Assembly: GCA_023418095.1 (NCBI GenBank)
Contig: JAEZDL010000075.1
Location: forward strand, 1,800-65,799
Source of the DNA: Bacteroidota bacterium
GTDB lineage: Bacteria; Bacteroidota; Bacteroidia; Flavobacteriales_F; PHOS-HE28
Length of the DNA: 64,000 nucleotides
Direction: 5' to 3'
Shown here: positions 38,137-48,113 of the stretch, piece after piece
Layout: each line of letters begins with the position of its first letter
Position numbering within the stretch: position 1 is the first letter of the stretch
Translations under genes and position numbers: made by a program
Notes under the pieces: generated by a model
Told to the model about the DNA's origin: nothing
Seen by the model: the letters and a program-made list of their open reading frames with translations, nothing else
Database searches by the model: none

Positions 38137-38544
38137 TTAGTTGAACTCGATCCGCAGATCGATCACCAGATCCGCGTGCAGGCTTACCGCCACAGGGCAG
38201 GTGCGAGCAGTGCGCTCGATGATCAATTTTTCCTTCTCTCCCAGATCGCTTCCTTTCACGTTCAAATGGATCTCCACCCTTTGCACGCGCCGTGGATCGG
38301 AGGCCATGTGCTTTATCACACGCGCTTCCATGGCATCGATCCCGATCCCTTTGCCATCAGCCATAATCCCGATCGTGGTGATCATGCAGGTTGCGAGAGA
38401 AGTGGCGAGCAGATCCGTGGGTGAAAAGGCCGACCCCTTTCCCTTGTTGTCCACCGGTGCATCGGTAACGATATGCTGGCCGCTCCGTACATGCTTCGCA
38501 TCGGTACGCAATTCGCCCGAATAAGTGATCAAGGCAGTATCCAT
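38137..38544 (-). CDS. OsmC/Ohr-family peroxiredoxin-like protein
   Basis: 135-aa ORF with two conserved Cys contexts (LATCMITT, ARTCPVAVSL). Confidence 0.88.
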   Translation of the reverse strand: MDTALITYSGELRTDAKHVRSGQHIVTDAPVDNKGKGSAFSPTDLLATSLATCMITTIGIMADGKGIGIDAMEARVIKHMASDPRRVQRVEIHLNVKGSDLGEKEKLIIERTARTCPVAVSLHADLVIDLRIEFN

Positions 38545-38585
38545 GGCCGAAAAGTACCAATTGCCCGCAGCCCGCGTTGGGGTAT

Positions 38586-38593
38586 TAACTTTG
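38586..38593 (+). promoter_or_regulatory. Bacteroidota-type -7 promoter box TAACTTTG
   Basis: Exact TAnnTTTG match, 18 nt before ATG 38612. Confidence 0.45.
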
Positions 38594-38611
38594 TTATCTC
38601 AAGGATCGCGC

Positions 38612-39364
38612 ATGCGGGCGGCATTTCTCGTTGTCATTCTCATATTTCCTTTTGTGGCCGCCCAGGCCCAGGAGACGATCTATGAGGAAACGCGTGTTCC
38701 GTACAAACGTGAATTGCTTGGTGGTCTAACACTTCATGGCGATGGTTGGGGGCTGAACTTCTTCCACGGGAAACACAGCACCGCCCGCCACCGGCGCATG
38801 ATCGGGATCGAGATCGTGAGCATGAAGCATCCCAAGGAGATCAAGAGCTTCAACCCGTATTACGAGGATTCACGCGGGTACTTCTACGGAAAGCTGAATT
38901 CATTCATGATCCTCCGGCCAACTTATGGCCGCAAGGTGCAGATCACAGACAAGATCCGCCGAAGTGGCGTCGAGGTGAACTACGTGTGGGGGATCGGTCC
39001 ATCGATCGGTTTGGCGAAGCCGGTATATCTGCAGATAAGCCGCTCCGATCAGCTGGTCTCGGAACCGATCACAACGGAACGATACGATCCCGATATGCAC
39101 GATGTGCACAACATCTACGGGCGTGCGAATTATTTCCGGGGGTTCGGTGAGATCAAAGTGCATCCCGGAGTTTTCGGCCGATTCGGTTTCAACTTCGAAC
39201 ATTCGGGGCAGGTGGCCGGAATAAAGGCGATCGAAGTGGGTGTTTCCATGGATGCCTATCCGACGCGCATTCCGATCATGGCCGAATTCGAGAACATCAC
39301 CAACAAGCAATTCTTCCTTGCCTTCTACCTTTCGGTGCAATTCGGCAAGAAATTCATTTCATGA
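38612..39364 (+). CDS. hypothetical exported protein (possible outer-membrane beta-barrel)
   Basis: ORF 38525..39364 trimmed to ATG 38612 ([20 protein letters not shown] signal peptide). The sequence shows an alternating aromatic/Gly-rich pattern. No family recognised. Confidence 0.65.
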   Translation: MRAAFLVVILIFPFVAAQAQETIYEETRVPYKRELLGGLTLHGDGWGLNFFHGKHSTARHRRMIGIEIVSMKHPKEIKSFNPYYEDSRGYFYGKLNSFMILRPTYGRKVQITDKIRRSGVEVNYVWGIGPSIGLAKPVYLQISRSDQLVSEPITTERYDPDMHDVHNIYGRANYFRGFGEIKVHPGVFGRFGFNFEHSGQVAGIKAIEVGVSMDAYPTRIPIMAEFENITNKQFFLAFYLSVQFGKKFIS

Positions 39365-40236
39365 GCGAGATCGCCACGGCTGAAGAGAAGGAGAAAGTAC
39401 AGCGTCGTCCGGAGTGGTTGCGGGTCAAACTTCCCACCGGCGAGAATTACCGCAAGGTTCGCCAGATCGTGAGCGAGCACAAGCTCCATACGATCTGCCA
39501 GAGCGGCAACTGCCCGAACATGGGTGAATGCTGGGGCGCGGGAACAGCCACCTTCATGATCCTCGGTAATATCTGCACCCGTTCCTGCGGATTCTGTTCC
39601 GTTGCCACCGGAAGGCCTGAAGCGGTGGATCCATTCGAGCCAGCGCGGGTTGCGCGAAGTGTTGAATTGATGGGCGTGAAGCATTGTGTGATCACCAGCG
39701 TAGATCGCGATGATCTGAAGGACGGCGGCAGCGAGATCTGGGTGCGCACGATCCGATCGATCCGCCGCCGCACACCGGCGACGACCATGGAAACCCTGAT
39801 CCCCGATTTCCAGGGAAAATGGGAGAACCTTGCGGCCGTTCTTGAAGCAGCGCCGGACATCCTTTCGCATAACCTGGAAACGGTGCGGCGTCTTACAAAA
39901 CAAGTGCGGATCCAGGCGAAGTACGATCGTAGTCTGGAGGTATTGATGCGCAGCAAGCGCGCAGATTTGCGTACCAAGAGCGGCATCATGCTCGGGTTGG
40001 GTGAGACCGATCAGGAAGTAGAGGAAAGCATGGATGATCTGCGCAGCGTTGGCGTTGATATCCTCACGCTGGGCCAGTACCTGCAACCGACCAAGGCGCA
40101 TCTGCCGGTCGCGGAATTCGTGCATCCCGATCGGTTCAAGCGTTTCAAGGCGATCGGAATGGAGAAGGGTTTCCGATATGTTGAAAGCGGTCCGCTTGTG
40201 CGTAGCAGTTACCACGCGGAGAAGCATTTGTTCTGA
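39361..40236 (+). CDS. lipA: lipoyl synthase
   Basis: 291-aa ORF with both Cys clusters (CPNMGECW and CTRSCGFC) and a 4-nt overlap with the upstream gene. Confidence 0.96.
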   Translation: MSEIATAEEKEKVQRRPEWLRVKLPTGENYRKVRQIVSEHKLHTICQSGNCPNMGECWGAGTATFMILGNICTRSCGFCSVATGRPEAVDPFEPARVARSVELMGVKHCVITSVDRDDLKDGGSEIWVRTIRSIRRRTPATTMETLIPDFQGKWENLAAVLEAAPDILSHNLETVRRLTKQVRIQAKYDRSLEVLMRSKRADLRTKSGIMLGLGETDQEVEESMDDLRSVGVDILTLGQYLQPTKAHLPVAEFVHPDRFKRFKAIGMEKGFRYVESGPLVRSSYHAEKHLF

Positions 40237-40281
40237 GGAAAAGCACCGCAAAGGCGTGGAGGACGCGAAAGTATTGATCCA

Positions 40282-40563
40282 ATGAGAATGATGGTCGATC
40301 TTCCGGATGACCTGTACGTGCTTTTGAAAGAAGAAGCGCACCGGCAGGGCTGTTCCATAGAGTGTTTGATCGAGGATCTTGTGCGAAGGGAACTTACTGT
40401 TGATCCAGGAATTCGAAGTGGTAGACCATTGCCGATCATCAGTGGGGGTAGTCCAGCCCGCCCATGTGAAGAGACCACTCCTGAAAAAGTAGATCAGATC
40501 CTGTTGGATATGGAAGTCAAAGCTTTCCTTAAAACTGCAGATCCAATACGACGCGAGAGGTGA
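40282..40563 (+). CDS. orphan type II antitoxin-like protein (VapB-like pattern)
   Basis: 93-aa ORF MRMMVDLPDDLYVLLKEEAHRQGCSIECLIEDLVRRELTV...PLPIISGG...EKVDQILLDME. The pattern matches PIN-associated antitoxins. GC is about 49% (hand count, 40321-40560). Confidence 0.55.
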   Translation: MRMMVDLPDDLYVLLKEEAHRQGCSIECLIEDLVRRELTVDPGIRSGRPLPIISGGSPARPCEETTPEKVDQILLDMEVKAFLKTADPIRRER

Positions 40564-40606
40564 TCGCCTGACACGCCTCAATACATTCACCGTTCTTCGA
40601 CGGTAG

Positions 40607-40614
40607 TAGCTTTG
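40607..40614 (+). promoter_or_regulatory. Bacteroidota-type -7 promoter box TAGCTTTG upstream of gap
   Basis: Exact TAnnTTTG match, 23 nt before ATG 40638. Confidence 0.45.
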
Positions 40615-40637
40615 TCCTTCATCAATTCTTCAAGGGT

Positions 40638-41657
40638 ATGATCAGAGTGGCCATCAATGGATTCGGGAGGATCGGCCGGGTTACCGGGCGGTTGTTGTTG
40701 CAGAGGAGCGGTGTGGAACTCGTAGCCGTGAACGATCTGACCGACAACCATACGCTCGCGCATCTTTTCAAGTATGATTCGGTACACGGCGTTTTTCAAG
40801 GTGATGTTTCCTACGACGACGAGAATTTGTTGCTCGCGGGGAAGAAGGTGAAAGCCTTCTCGGAGAAGGATCCGGCAGCGCTTCCCTGGGGCGATCTCGG
40901 GATCGATGTGGTGCTCGAGAGCACCGGCCGTTTCCTCACACGCGAACTTGCCTCAACGCATTTGAATGCCGGTGCGAAAAAAGTCGTGCTTTCAGCGCCC
41001 GCGAAGGATGCGGATATCAAGAGCGTAGTGCTTGGTGTGAACGAACACATCCTCGATGGCACGGAGGACATGATCTCCAACGCTTCATGCACCACCAACT
41101 GCGCCGCGCCGATGGTGAAGATCGTGAACGATCTGTGCTCGGTGAAGAACGGGTTCATCAGCACGATCCACAGTTTCACCAGCGATCAACGGTTGCACGA
41201 TGCGCCGCACAAGGACCTTCGCCGCGCGCGCGCCGCTATGGTGAGCATGGTGCCCACAACGACCGGCGCAGCAAAAGCGATCACTCGCATAATTCCAGAA
41301 TTGCACGGGAAACTCGGTGGCGGTGCAGTGCGCGTGCCGGTGCCCGATGGATCGATAACGGACATCACCTGCTGGGTGGAAAGGCCGGTGTCTGCGGATG
41401 AGATCCGAGCAGCGTTCAAGAAAGCTTCCGAAGGAAAGATGAAAGGGATCGTGCGCTACACCGAGGATCCTATCGTGAGCGTAGACATCGTTGGCGATCC
41501 GCACAGCTGCATCTACGACGCGGAGCTCACCAGCGTGGTGGACAACATGGTGAAAGTGATGGGGTGGTACGACAACGAATACGGGTACAGCAGCAGGCTG
41601 GTGGATCTGGTGGAATTGCTCGCGAAAAGCAGGAAGACCGAAAAGGTGAAAGCCTGA
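40638..41657 (+). CDS. gap: type I glyceraldehyde-3-phosphate dehydrogenase
   Basis: 339-aa ORF MIRVAINGFGRIGR... with the active-site motif SNASCTTNC. Confidence 0.97.
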   Translation: MIRVAINGFGRIGRVTGRLLLQRSGVELVAVNDLTDNHTLAHLFKYDSVHGVFQGDVSYDDENLLLAGKKVKAFSEKDPAALPWGDLGIDVVLESTGRFLTRELASTHLNAGAKKVVLSAPAKDADIKSVVLGVNEHILDGTEDMISNASCTTNCAAPMVKIVNDLCSVKNGFISTIHSFTSDQRLHDAPHKDLRRARAAMVSMVPTTTGAAKAITRIIPELHGKLGGGAVRVPVPDGSITDITCWVERPVSADEIRAAFKKASEGKMKGIVRYTEDPIVSVDIVGDPHSCIYDAELTSVVDNMVKVMGWYDNEYGYSSRLVDLVELLAKSRKTEKVKA

Positions 41658-41669
41658 TCCGATCTTGGA

Positions 41670-42491
41670 TCAGTGCATTGCACTGAGCACCTTCGCAGGT
41701 GCGCCTGCGATCTGAAGATCATTTCCGATCGGGCCATCACTGGTACGTTCCATCAATCGCATCTCCTTTCCATCCAGGATCGCGTAAGTGAAATAGCTGA
41801 TCCAATCACCGAGGTTGATGTAACGGCTGTTGGCACCGATCGGGATGTCGATAGGCAGATGCCTGTGGCCGAAGATGAACAGATCGATCCGATCGTTCTT
41901 CAATGTCTCCTGGCAGAATTGCACGAGCCACTCCTTTTCTTCGCCGAGCCATTTGCGATCGTTCTCGTAGCTCTTCAGCCTGCTTCGTCCGCTCCAAAAA
42001 TTGCCGAGCCGCAGTCCGAAATTCGGGTGAAGCCGCGCGAACATCCATTGGCAGATCGGGTTGCGGAAGATCTTCTTCATGAACTTGTACCCATGGTCCC
42101 CAGGTCCCAATCCATCGCCGTGGCCGATCATGATCCGGATGCCATTGATCTCGCGAACGATCGGTGCTTTGTGCACGATCACTCCGGTCTCCTCCGGCAC
42201 GTAATCGAAGATCCACATGTCATGGTTGCCGAGAAAAAGGTGGATCGGAATACCGCGGTCGGTGATCTCGGCGAGCTTTCCTAAAAGCCGCACATGTCCG
42301 CGTGGAACAGCGTGTGAATATTCGAACCAGAAATCGAAAAGATCTCCGAGAAGCAAGATCTCCTTTGCATCCTTCGCAGCCTCATCCAGGAACGCCACGA
42401 TCCTTTTTTCGCGCGCCAGGCTTGAAGTGGGATCGGGGATCCCAAGGTGGAAGTCGCTGAGGAAATAGATCTTGCCTTCCTCTTTCATCAA
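41670..42491 (-). CDS. lpxH: UDP-2,3-diacylglucosamine diphosphatase (LpxH-type metallophosphoesterase)
   Basis: 273-aa ORF with calcineurin-like motifs (FLSDFHLG, LLGDLFDFWFEY, GNHD, GHRH). Confidence 0.8.
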   Translation of the reverse strand: MMKEEGKIYFLSDFHLGIPDPTSSLAREKRIVAFLDEAAKDAKEILLLGDLFDFWFEYSHAVPRGHVRLLGKLAEITDRGIPIHLFLGNHDMWIFDYVPEETGVIVHKAPIVREINGIRIMIGHGDGLGPGDHGYKFMKKIFRNPICQWMFARLHPNFGLRLGNFWSGRSRLKSYENDRKWLGEEKEWLVQFCQETLKNDRIDLFIFGHRHLPIDIPIGANSRYINLGDWISYFTYAILDGKEMRLMERTSDGPIGNDLQIAGAPAKVLSAMH

Positions 42492-45490
42492 GGTCGCACT
42501 TTTCGAAGTGCACGCGTGGGATCGAACTTCTCGAACGTTAGAACAAATCGGATCCGATCGGCAACATCACGTCCGGCAAATTTTTCCTGGTCGGCAATGC
42601 GTTCGGATACGACCAGCGGGAACCAAACCTCCATCTGGTCGCGGATCAGCTGGATCCCAAGGCCACCTTCCATGAATGATGAGGTCGTATTGCGGATCTC
42701 CGTGGGCTGGCCGGGAACGGTTACCGAAGTGCGTGAAGGTGTGAGCCCCCAACTGCCAAAGATCGAGATCGGGAAGGGGATAGGCAGATCGAGCTCGGCG
42801 TTCACAGCCCCGATCCAGCTATCCGATCCAGCGAAGAACGGCGTTTTGAAAGCACCCTGTTGCTTGTTGAACTGTCTGCCGAAAGCATCCGTGTCATAAC
42901 GGCCACGCTCAAGATAGACGTGATCGAAGAGCATGTCCTGCGGCCCCCAACTCAATTGCCAGGTCTCCAATTGATCGAGAAAGAAATTATCATCCTTCCA
43001 CAGGAAGGAACCGACGAACGCGCGAAGGCGAAGTTGGTCCTTTCGTTTGTTATATGTGGATCCGTATCCGATCTCAAGTGATGTCCGGAAAAAGGTTTCA
43101 CTAACTGTAAAATTTGATTTAATCGTTGCTGGGAGGAGAGCGGCATTGTTGATAGCAGAGTAAATTAGATCCAGATAAAAGTGTTCATCGTAATAATCCC
43201 ATTTTCGTCCTTCTCTATTTGAGAACTGCGAATCATAACCAATGTACACTGAGCGCAATTGGATCTGATGATTCCAAGGTCGAGAGAGAGGGTCACGAGC
43301 AATATCAAGGATCAAGCTAGGTGAAAGCTTGAAATACCGTTGAGAGATCGAGTCCGTGTCGAATGTTGATGCCGATCGAGCGTTCAGTGCAATGCCAATG
43401 TTCTGGAAGATCCGGCTGCGCATGCGATCGAAATGATGTTCGATCCTGGCGCCGCCGATGATCCGTTCACTGTTGAACGCATACATCGGTGCAACGATCC
43501 ATTCCGTGCGCTGCGAAGGGAAATGATAGTTGTGCAGACCGAGCCCGAGATGCCAGCCGTCGTGGCCATTGCGGGCGATCAACGGTGTCCAATAGATCGA
43601 ACTCCGATCGTGCTTTTCGATACCTGAAAGAAATCCGAAGTGAGGAAGGTTCCATCTTCGGAAAATTCCGGAAGCGCCGATCTGGTTGTTGCGCCGATCG
43701 ATATCGAGCGTTCGTTGATCATGATCGATGCACGCCACATCAGCATCTGCCCAAGGCAGCTTGGCCGAACCTTTTCCGGCCACTCCGTCGATCCATGTCG
43801 TACCGAGCAACGCGGTGTCCTTCCAGGCGGAGATCGGAAATGGGATAGCGAATGATGTTTTGTTCGCGTACTTGAGCTGATCGCCGTTCAGCTTTTCAGC
43901 CTTTAGATCGATCTTTTCCTCTGAACAGATCAAGCCATTGAAAACCCAGCCGAGATCCCTTCCACTTTCACGTTCGAAGACGGCCTTCACATCCGCAGGT
44001 GAAGGATGCCTGAACTTCCATTCATCGAAATACGCGCGCATGCACCGATCGAAGATCTCTGCGCCGAGGTAGGCGAAGAGGTGATCGAATACCATGGCGG
44101 TCTTTGAATACACGATCCCACCATAATTCAGCATCGTGAAGTCAGTGGAATGCTTGCAGATCGGCTGATCCAAGTTCCTTCGTGCATTGATCCGGTACAT
44201 CGCCTCGCTCTGGAACCTGTGACCGTCCTTGATCCCCTTCGTGAGGTTTCGCAGCAAAGGCGCATCGATCGTGATCCCACCATCCGGATAGCGCTCGCGC
44301 ATGTAGCGCAGTTCCACGAAACTGTTCATGCCCTCGTCCATCCATGGATGTTCACGTTCATTGCTCGCGAGGATACCATAGAACCAATTGTGGCCCACTT
44401 CATGCGCGATCACATTGTCCAGCGATTCCTTGCTGCCCATGTTCCCGATGATGGTGATCATGGGATATTCCATTCCACCACCAGCGCTGATCGTGCCGTC
44501 GATCGCGGTGCACGCATCGTACGGATAATCACCGACCCATTCGCTGTAAAGCCGTACGCTTTCGTTCACGTACTCGATCGAATTCTCCCAAAGCGCCGCG
44601 TTCTTCGGCGTGAACATCGTGTACGTGTCGATAGTTCTGCCGCTGCGCAGAAGTGTCACACTTCCTTTCCGGACGATGAATCGCTTATCCGCGAACCAAC
44701 CGAAATCGTGAATGCTATCCTGAATGAACCGGATCGTTTTTGTCGCCGGATCGGAAGGAGGGAAAGGATTGTCCGAATTGTTCGCTTCGCGCGTTGCGCG
44801 ATCACTCAGGAACGCCTTCTCTTCTTCAGTCTGAAGAATGCCAGTTGCACCTACCACGTAGTTCTTCGGAAGAGTGATCGAAACATCGAAACTGCCGAAT
44901 TCGCTGTAGAATTCGCCCTGCGTGAGGTACGGCATCGCGTGCCAGCCATCCTTATCGAACACCGCTGGTTTCGGATACCATTGCGTGATGTGGTAAGCTT
45001 GACCAGTGTGTCCAAGACGTGAATAACGGCTGTGCGGGATCTTCACCCGGAACGGCGTTGTGATCGTGATCGATGATCCTGATGCGAGTGAAGAATTGAG
45101 CTTGATCCAAGCGATATCCGGATGTTCTTCGTGAAGGGCCCAGGTCAACGCTTCGCCGGCCGATCGGAAATCAAGGCTGTCGATCCGGCCGCGATCTTTT
45201 TCGCTTGCGAAATGGAGCTTCACGTTGCCCATCCGCATCAACTGCTTGTCCAGCGCGGTGTTCGGTTCCGAGTAAGCGTTCGGCCACAGATGCATCCAGA
45301 TCGTATCGAGCGCGATCGGGCTGTTGTTCGTGTAGGTGAATTCCTGTTGCGCGTGAAGAACGTGTGTCACATCATCGAGCGAAACGGTGATCACCTGATC
45401 AACCTTCTGCTGGAAGTATCCCTGCGGAAAAAGAATGAGCGGGCTGATCATCAACCCGCTCACCACGATCGATCTCAACAGCTGGATCAT
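42488..45490 (-). CDS. large M1-family metallopeptidase-domain protein
   Basis: 1000-aa ORF with a signal peptide and HEVGHNWFYG...HPWMDEGMNSF (the M1 HExxH-E motif). It has a ~550-aa C-terminal extension of unknown function. Confidence 0.82.
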   Translation of the reverse strand: MIQLLRSIVVSGLMISPLILFPQGYFQQKVDQVITVSLDDVTHVLHAQQEFTYTNNSPIALDTIWMHLWPNAYSEPNTALDKQLMRMGNVKLHFASEKDRGRIDSLDFRSAGEALTWALHEEHPDIAWIKLNSSLASGSSITITTPFRVKIPHSRYSRLGHTGQAYHITQWYPKPAVFDKDGWHAMPYLTQGEFYSEFGSFDVSITLPKNYVVGATGILQTEEEKAFLSDRATREANNSDNPFPPSDPATKTIRFIQDSIHDFGWFADKRFIVRKGSVTLLRSGRTIDTYTMFTPKNAALWENSIEYVNESVRLYSEWVGDYPYDACTAIDGTISAGGGMEYPMITIIGNMGSKESLDNVIAHEVGHNWFYGILASNEREHPWMDEGMNSFVELRYMRERYPDGGITIDAPLLRNLTKGIKDGHRFQSEAMYRINARRNLDQPICKHSTDFTMLNYGGIVYSKTAMVFDHLFAYLGAEIFDRCMRAYFDEWKFRHPSPADVKAVFERESGRDLGWVFNGLICSEEKIDLKAEKLNGDQLKYANKTSFAIPFPISAWKDTALLGTTWIDGVAGKGSAKLPWADADVACIDHDQRTLDIDRRNNQIGASGIFRRWNLPHFGFLSGIEKHDRSSIYWTPLIARNGHDGWHLGLGLHNYHFPSQRTEWIVAPMYAFNSERIIGGARIEHHFDRMRSRIFQNIGIALNARSASTFDTDSISQRYFKLSPSLILDIARDPLSRPWNHQIQLRSVYIGYDSQFSNREGRKWDYYDEHFYLDLIYSAINNAALLPATIKSNFTVSETFFRTSLEIGYGSTYNKRKDQLRLRAFVGSFLWKDDNFFLDQLETWQLSWGPQDMLFDHVYLERGRYDTDAFGRQFNKQQGAFKTPFFAGSDSWIGAVNAELDLPIPFPISIFGSWGLTPSRTSVTVPGQPTEIRNTTSSFMEGGLGIQLIRDQMEVWFPLVVSERIADQEKFAGRDVADRIRFVLTFEKFDPTRALRKVRP

Positions 45491-46638
45491 GACCCGAAGA
45501 TCTGCGAAAGCTTCGCATCAAGATCATGGGCGCGCAAACCTTTTTCAAGGATCTTCCCTTCGCGATCAACGAGAACCGTGAACGGAATGCTTTGTACACC
45601 GTATTCCTGCGCCGCCGCGTTCTGCCAGAAGCCAAGGTCGCTCACGTGTTTCCATGGAAGGCCATCCTGTTGGATCGCACCGATCCACGCGTTGTGATCT
45701 CGATCGAGCGAAACGCCGAGGATCTCGAATCCTTTGCCTTTGAATTTGTTGTACACCTGCTTCACCGCAGGATTTTCGATCCGGCATGGACGGCACCAGC
45801 TCGCCCAGAAATCGATGAGCACCACTTTTCCGCGAAGCTGGCTCAGGGCGAACGTGCCGCCATCGGGAGTTTGCTGACGGATCTCGGGCGCTTCACTTCC
45901 GATCTGCAGAAAGCTTTCCAGCCGCTTCATCTCTTCTTCCTGCGCTTTCAGTGCAAGCATCTGCTGTTCCTGCTGATCCACACGCTGGCGGAATTGCGCG
46001 AAGAAACCAGATCCCGGCATCACCTTTCGCAGATCGTCACGGACCTTTCGATATAGATCGAATTCTTTCTGCTGATCCAACCGACCGATCGCATTGAGTG
46101 CCGCTGGCGTATTGCTGTTCGCTGACACGAATCCCTTGATATCCTCGTAATGCTGCGCGTTCAGTTCGTTGAACCGCGTGATCACTTCGGTGTTGCCCGG
46201 CTCGGACGACATGCGTTGTCGTAGTGCTGTTCTCTCCCGATCGAATTCCTCCTGTTCCTTTTGCAGTTCCAGTAGTTTCTGTGTGTGTGCCGATCCCTCT
46301 ACACTACGCGGATGATCGAGCGAATCCGCATGTGCTGTGAGAGTCAGGTTCTCCGTGCTGTCCAACGCAACGATCAATTGCGCATCGCCAACGGTGATCC
46401 GGTAGAAATCCAGAGGCAACGGCGAAAGACCGATCGTTCCCTTTCCGTCGCTGTCCAATTCCACGGAATCAACATGGAAGGGACGGTTGTTCTGGAACTT
46501 GTCGAAATAGGCCATTTTACCACCCCCACCTTCGATATGAAGTTCGATCGTGCTGCCTCCGCGATCTTTCTGTTCGCCACAGCCAGAAATGAGCGCTGTG
46601 ATCGCGATCACCATTGAAATGCTTCTCATTGTTCTCAT
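45487..46638 (-). CDS. TlpA/ResA-like thiol:disulfide oxidoreductase lipoprotein
   Basis: 383-aa ORF with a lipobox (LISGCG) and a C-terminal thioredoxin fold with FWASWCRPC. Confidence 0.85.
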   Translation of the reverse strand: MRTMRSISMVIAITALISGCGEQKDRGGSTIELHIEGGGGKMAYFDKFQNNRPFHVDSVELDSDGKGTIGLSPLPLDFYRITVGDAQLIVALDSTENLTLTAHADSLDHPRSVEGSAHTQKLLELQKEQEEFDRERTALRQRMSSEPGNTEVITRFNELNAQHYEDIKGFVSANSNTPAALNAIGRLDQQKEFDLYRKVRDDLRKVMPGSGFFAQFRQRVDQQEQQMLALKAQEEEMKRLESFLQIGSEAPEIRQQTPDGGTFALSQLRGKVVLIDFWASWCRPCRIENPAVKQVYNKFKGKGFEILGVSLDRDHNAWIGAIQQDGLPWKHVSDLGFWQNAAAQEYGVQSIPFTVLVDREGKILEKGLRAHDLDAKLSQIFGS

Positions 46639-48113
46639 TGTTCCGCCAACATTCTGCTTACCACTTCGTTCACTCGTTTTGGATCGCTCTTGCCTTTGGT
46701 GCCTTTCATCACTTCGCCCATGAAGAGGCCGAGCAATCCCTTGTTGCCTTTGCGGTACGCTTCCACTTTTTCAGGATAACGCGCCATCGCTTCCTTCATG
46801 ATGCTCTCGATAAGATCCTCGCGTGTTTCCTGCAACAGATCGTGCTTCGTTGCGAGATCCATCGCCGATCCTTCGGTGTGCTGGAGCATCAGCGGAAAAA
46901 GCTTCTGGCTTGCGACCGTATGGTTCACCTTGTTCTGGTCGATCAGCTCGATCAGTTCCGCAAGCCGATCGGCCTTGATCGGAAAACTTTCGATCGGCAG
47001 GCCTTTCTCGTTCATCCAGCTGCGCACATCGCCCATCACCCAATTCGCAGCGCCTTTGAAGTTTTTCGTGCGCGCGATCAGATCTTCATAATAGAGCGCG
47101 GTCGCTTTATCGTCGGTGAGGATCGATGCATCGTACTCGCTCAGGCCAAGCTTTTGCGTGTACTTCTCGCGCAGTTCACGCGGCAGCGGTGGCATTTCCT
47201 TCCTGATCTTTTCCTTCTGTTCCTCCGTTACGGTCAAAGGTTGAAGATCGGGTTCGGGGAAGTATCGGTAATCGTGCGCGAGCTCCTTGCTTCGCATATT
47301 CACCGTTGTGCCTTTTGCCGCATCGAACGTGCGTGTCTGCATTTCGATCGTGCCGCCAGCCTCCAGGACCTCGCTCTGCCGTTGCGCCTCGAATTCGATC
47401 GCGCGCATCACGTTGCGGAAGCTGTTCATGTTCTTCACTTCGCAACGCGTCCCGAATTTTTCCGATCCTTTTGGCCGCAGGCTGATGTTCGCATCGCAAC
47501 GCAGACTTCCTTCTTCCATATTGCCATCGCAGATGTCGAGGTAGCGCACCAACCGGCGGATCTCCACGAGGTAATCGTATGCTTCCTGACCGCTGCGGAT
47601 GTCGGGCTCGCTGACGATCTCCACCAGCGGAACCCCGGCGCGGTTCAGGTCCACAAGTGTGTTGAACGGATCGACATCATGGATGCTTTTTCCCGCATCT
47701 TCCTCCATGTGGATCCGTGTGATCCCGATGCGCTTCTCTGTCATTCCAGCCTTTGAGCCGGAATCGCTGGAGACCGGGATCATCACAAAGCCTTTCGTGC
47801 AGATCGGAGTGTTGTCCTGCGTGATCTGGTAGCCTTTCGGCAGATCGGGATAGAAGTAGTTCTTGCGCGCGAAATGCATCCACGGCGCGATCGTGCAATT
47901 CGTTGCGAGGCCAAGGCGGATCGCATGTTCAACCACCTTTTTGTTCACTACCGGAAGTGTTCCCGGATGTCCGAGCGAGACAACGCTTACGTTCGTGTTC
48001 GGGTGATCGCCATACGCGTTTGGATCGTCGCTGTACGCCTTGCTTTCGGTGATCAGCTGCGCGTGCACCTCAAGCCCGACGACCAATTCCCACTTTTCAG
48101 ACCAATGGCTCAT
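46635..48113 (-). CDS. gatB: Asp-tRNA(Asn)/Glu-tRNA(Gln) amidotransferase subunit B
   Basis: 492-aa ORF MSHWSEKWELVVGLEVHAQL..., a typical GatB. Confidence 0.96.
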   Translation of the reverse strand: MSHWSEKWELVVGLEVHAQLITESKAYSDDPNAYGDHPNTNVSVVSLGHPGTLPVVNKKVVEHAIRLGLATNCTIAPWMHFARKNYFYPDLPKGYQITQDNTPICTKGFVMIPVSSDSGSKAGMTEKRIGITRIHMEEDAGKSIHDVDPFNTLVDLNRAGVPLVEIVSEPDIRSGQEAYDYLVEIRRLVRYLDICDGNMEEGSLRCDANISLRPKGSEKFGTRCEVKNMNSFRNVMRAIEFEAQRQSEVLEAGGTIEMQTRTFDAAKGTTVNMRSKELAHDYRYFPEPDLQPLTVTEEQKEKIRKEMPPLPRELREKYTQKLGLSEYDASILTDDKATALYYEDLIARTKNFKGAANWVMGDVRSWMNEKGLPIESFPIKADRLAELIELIDQNKVNHTVASQKLFPLMLQHTEGSAMDLATKHDLLQETREDLIESIMKEAMARYPEKVEAYRKGNKGLLGLFMGEVMKGTKGKSDPKRVNEVVSRMLAEQ

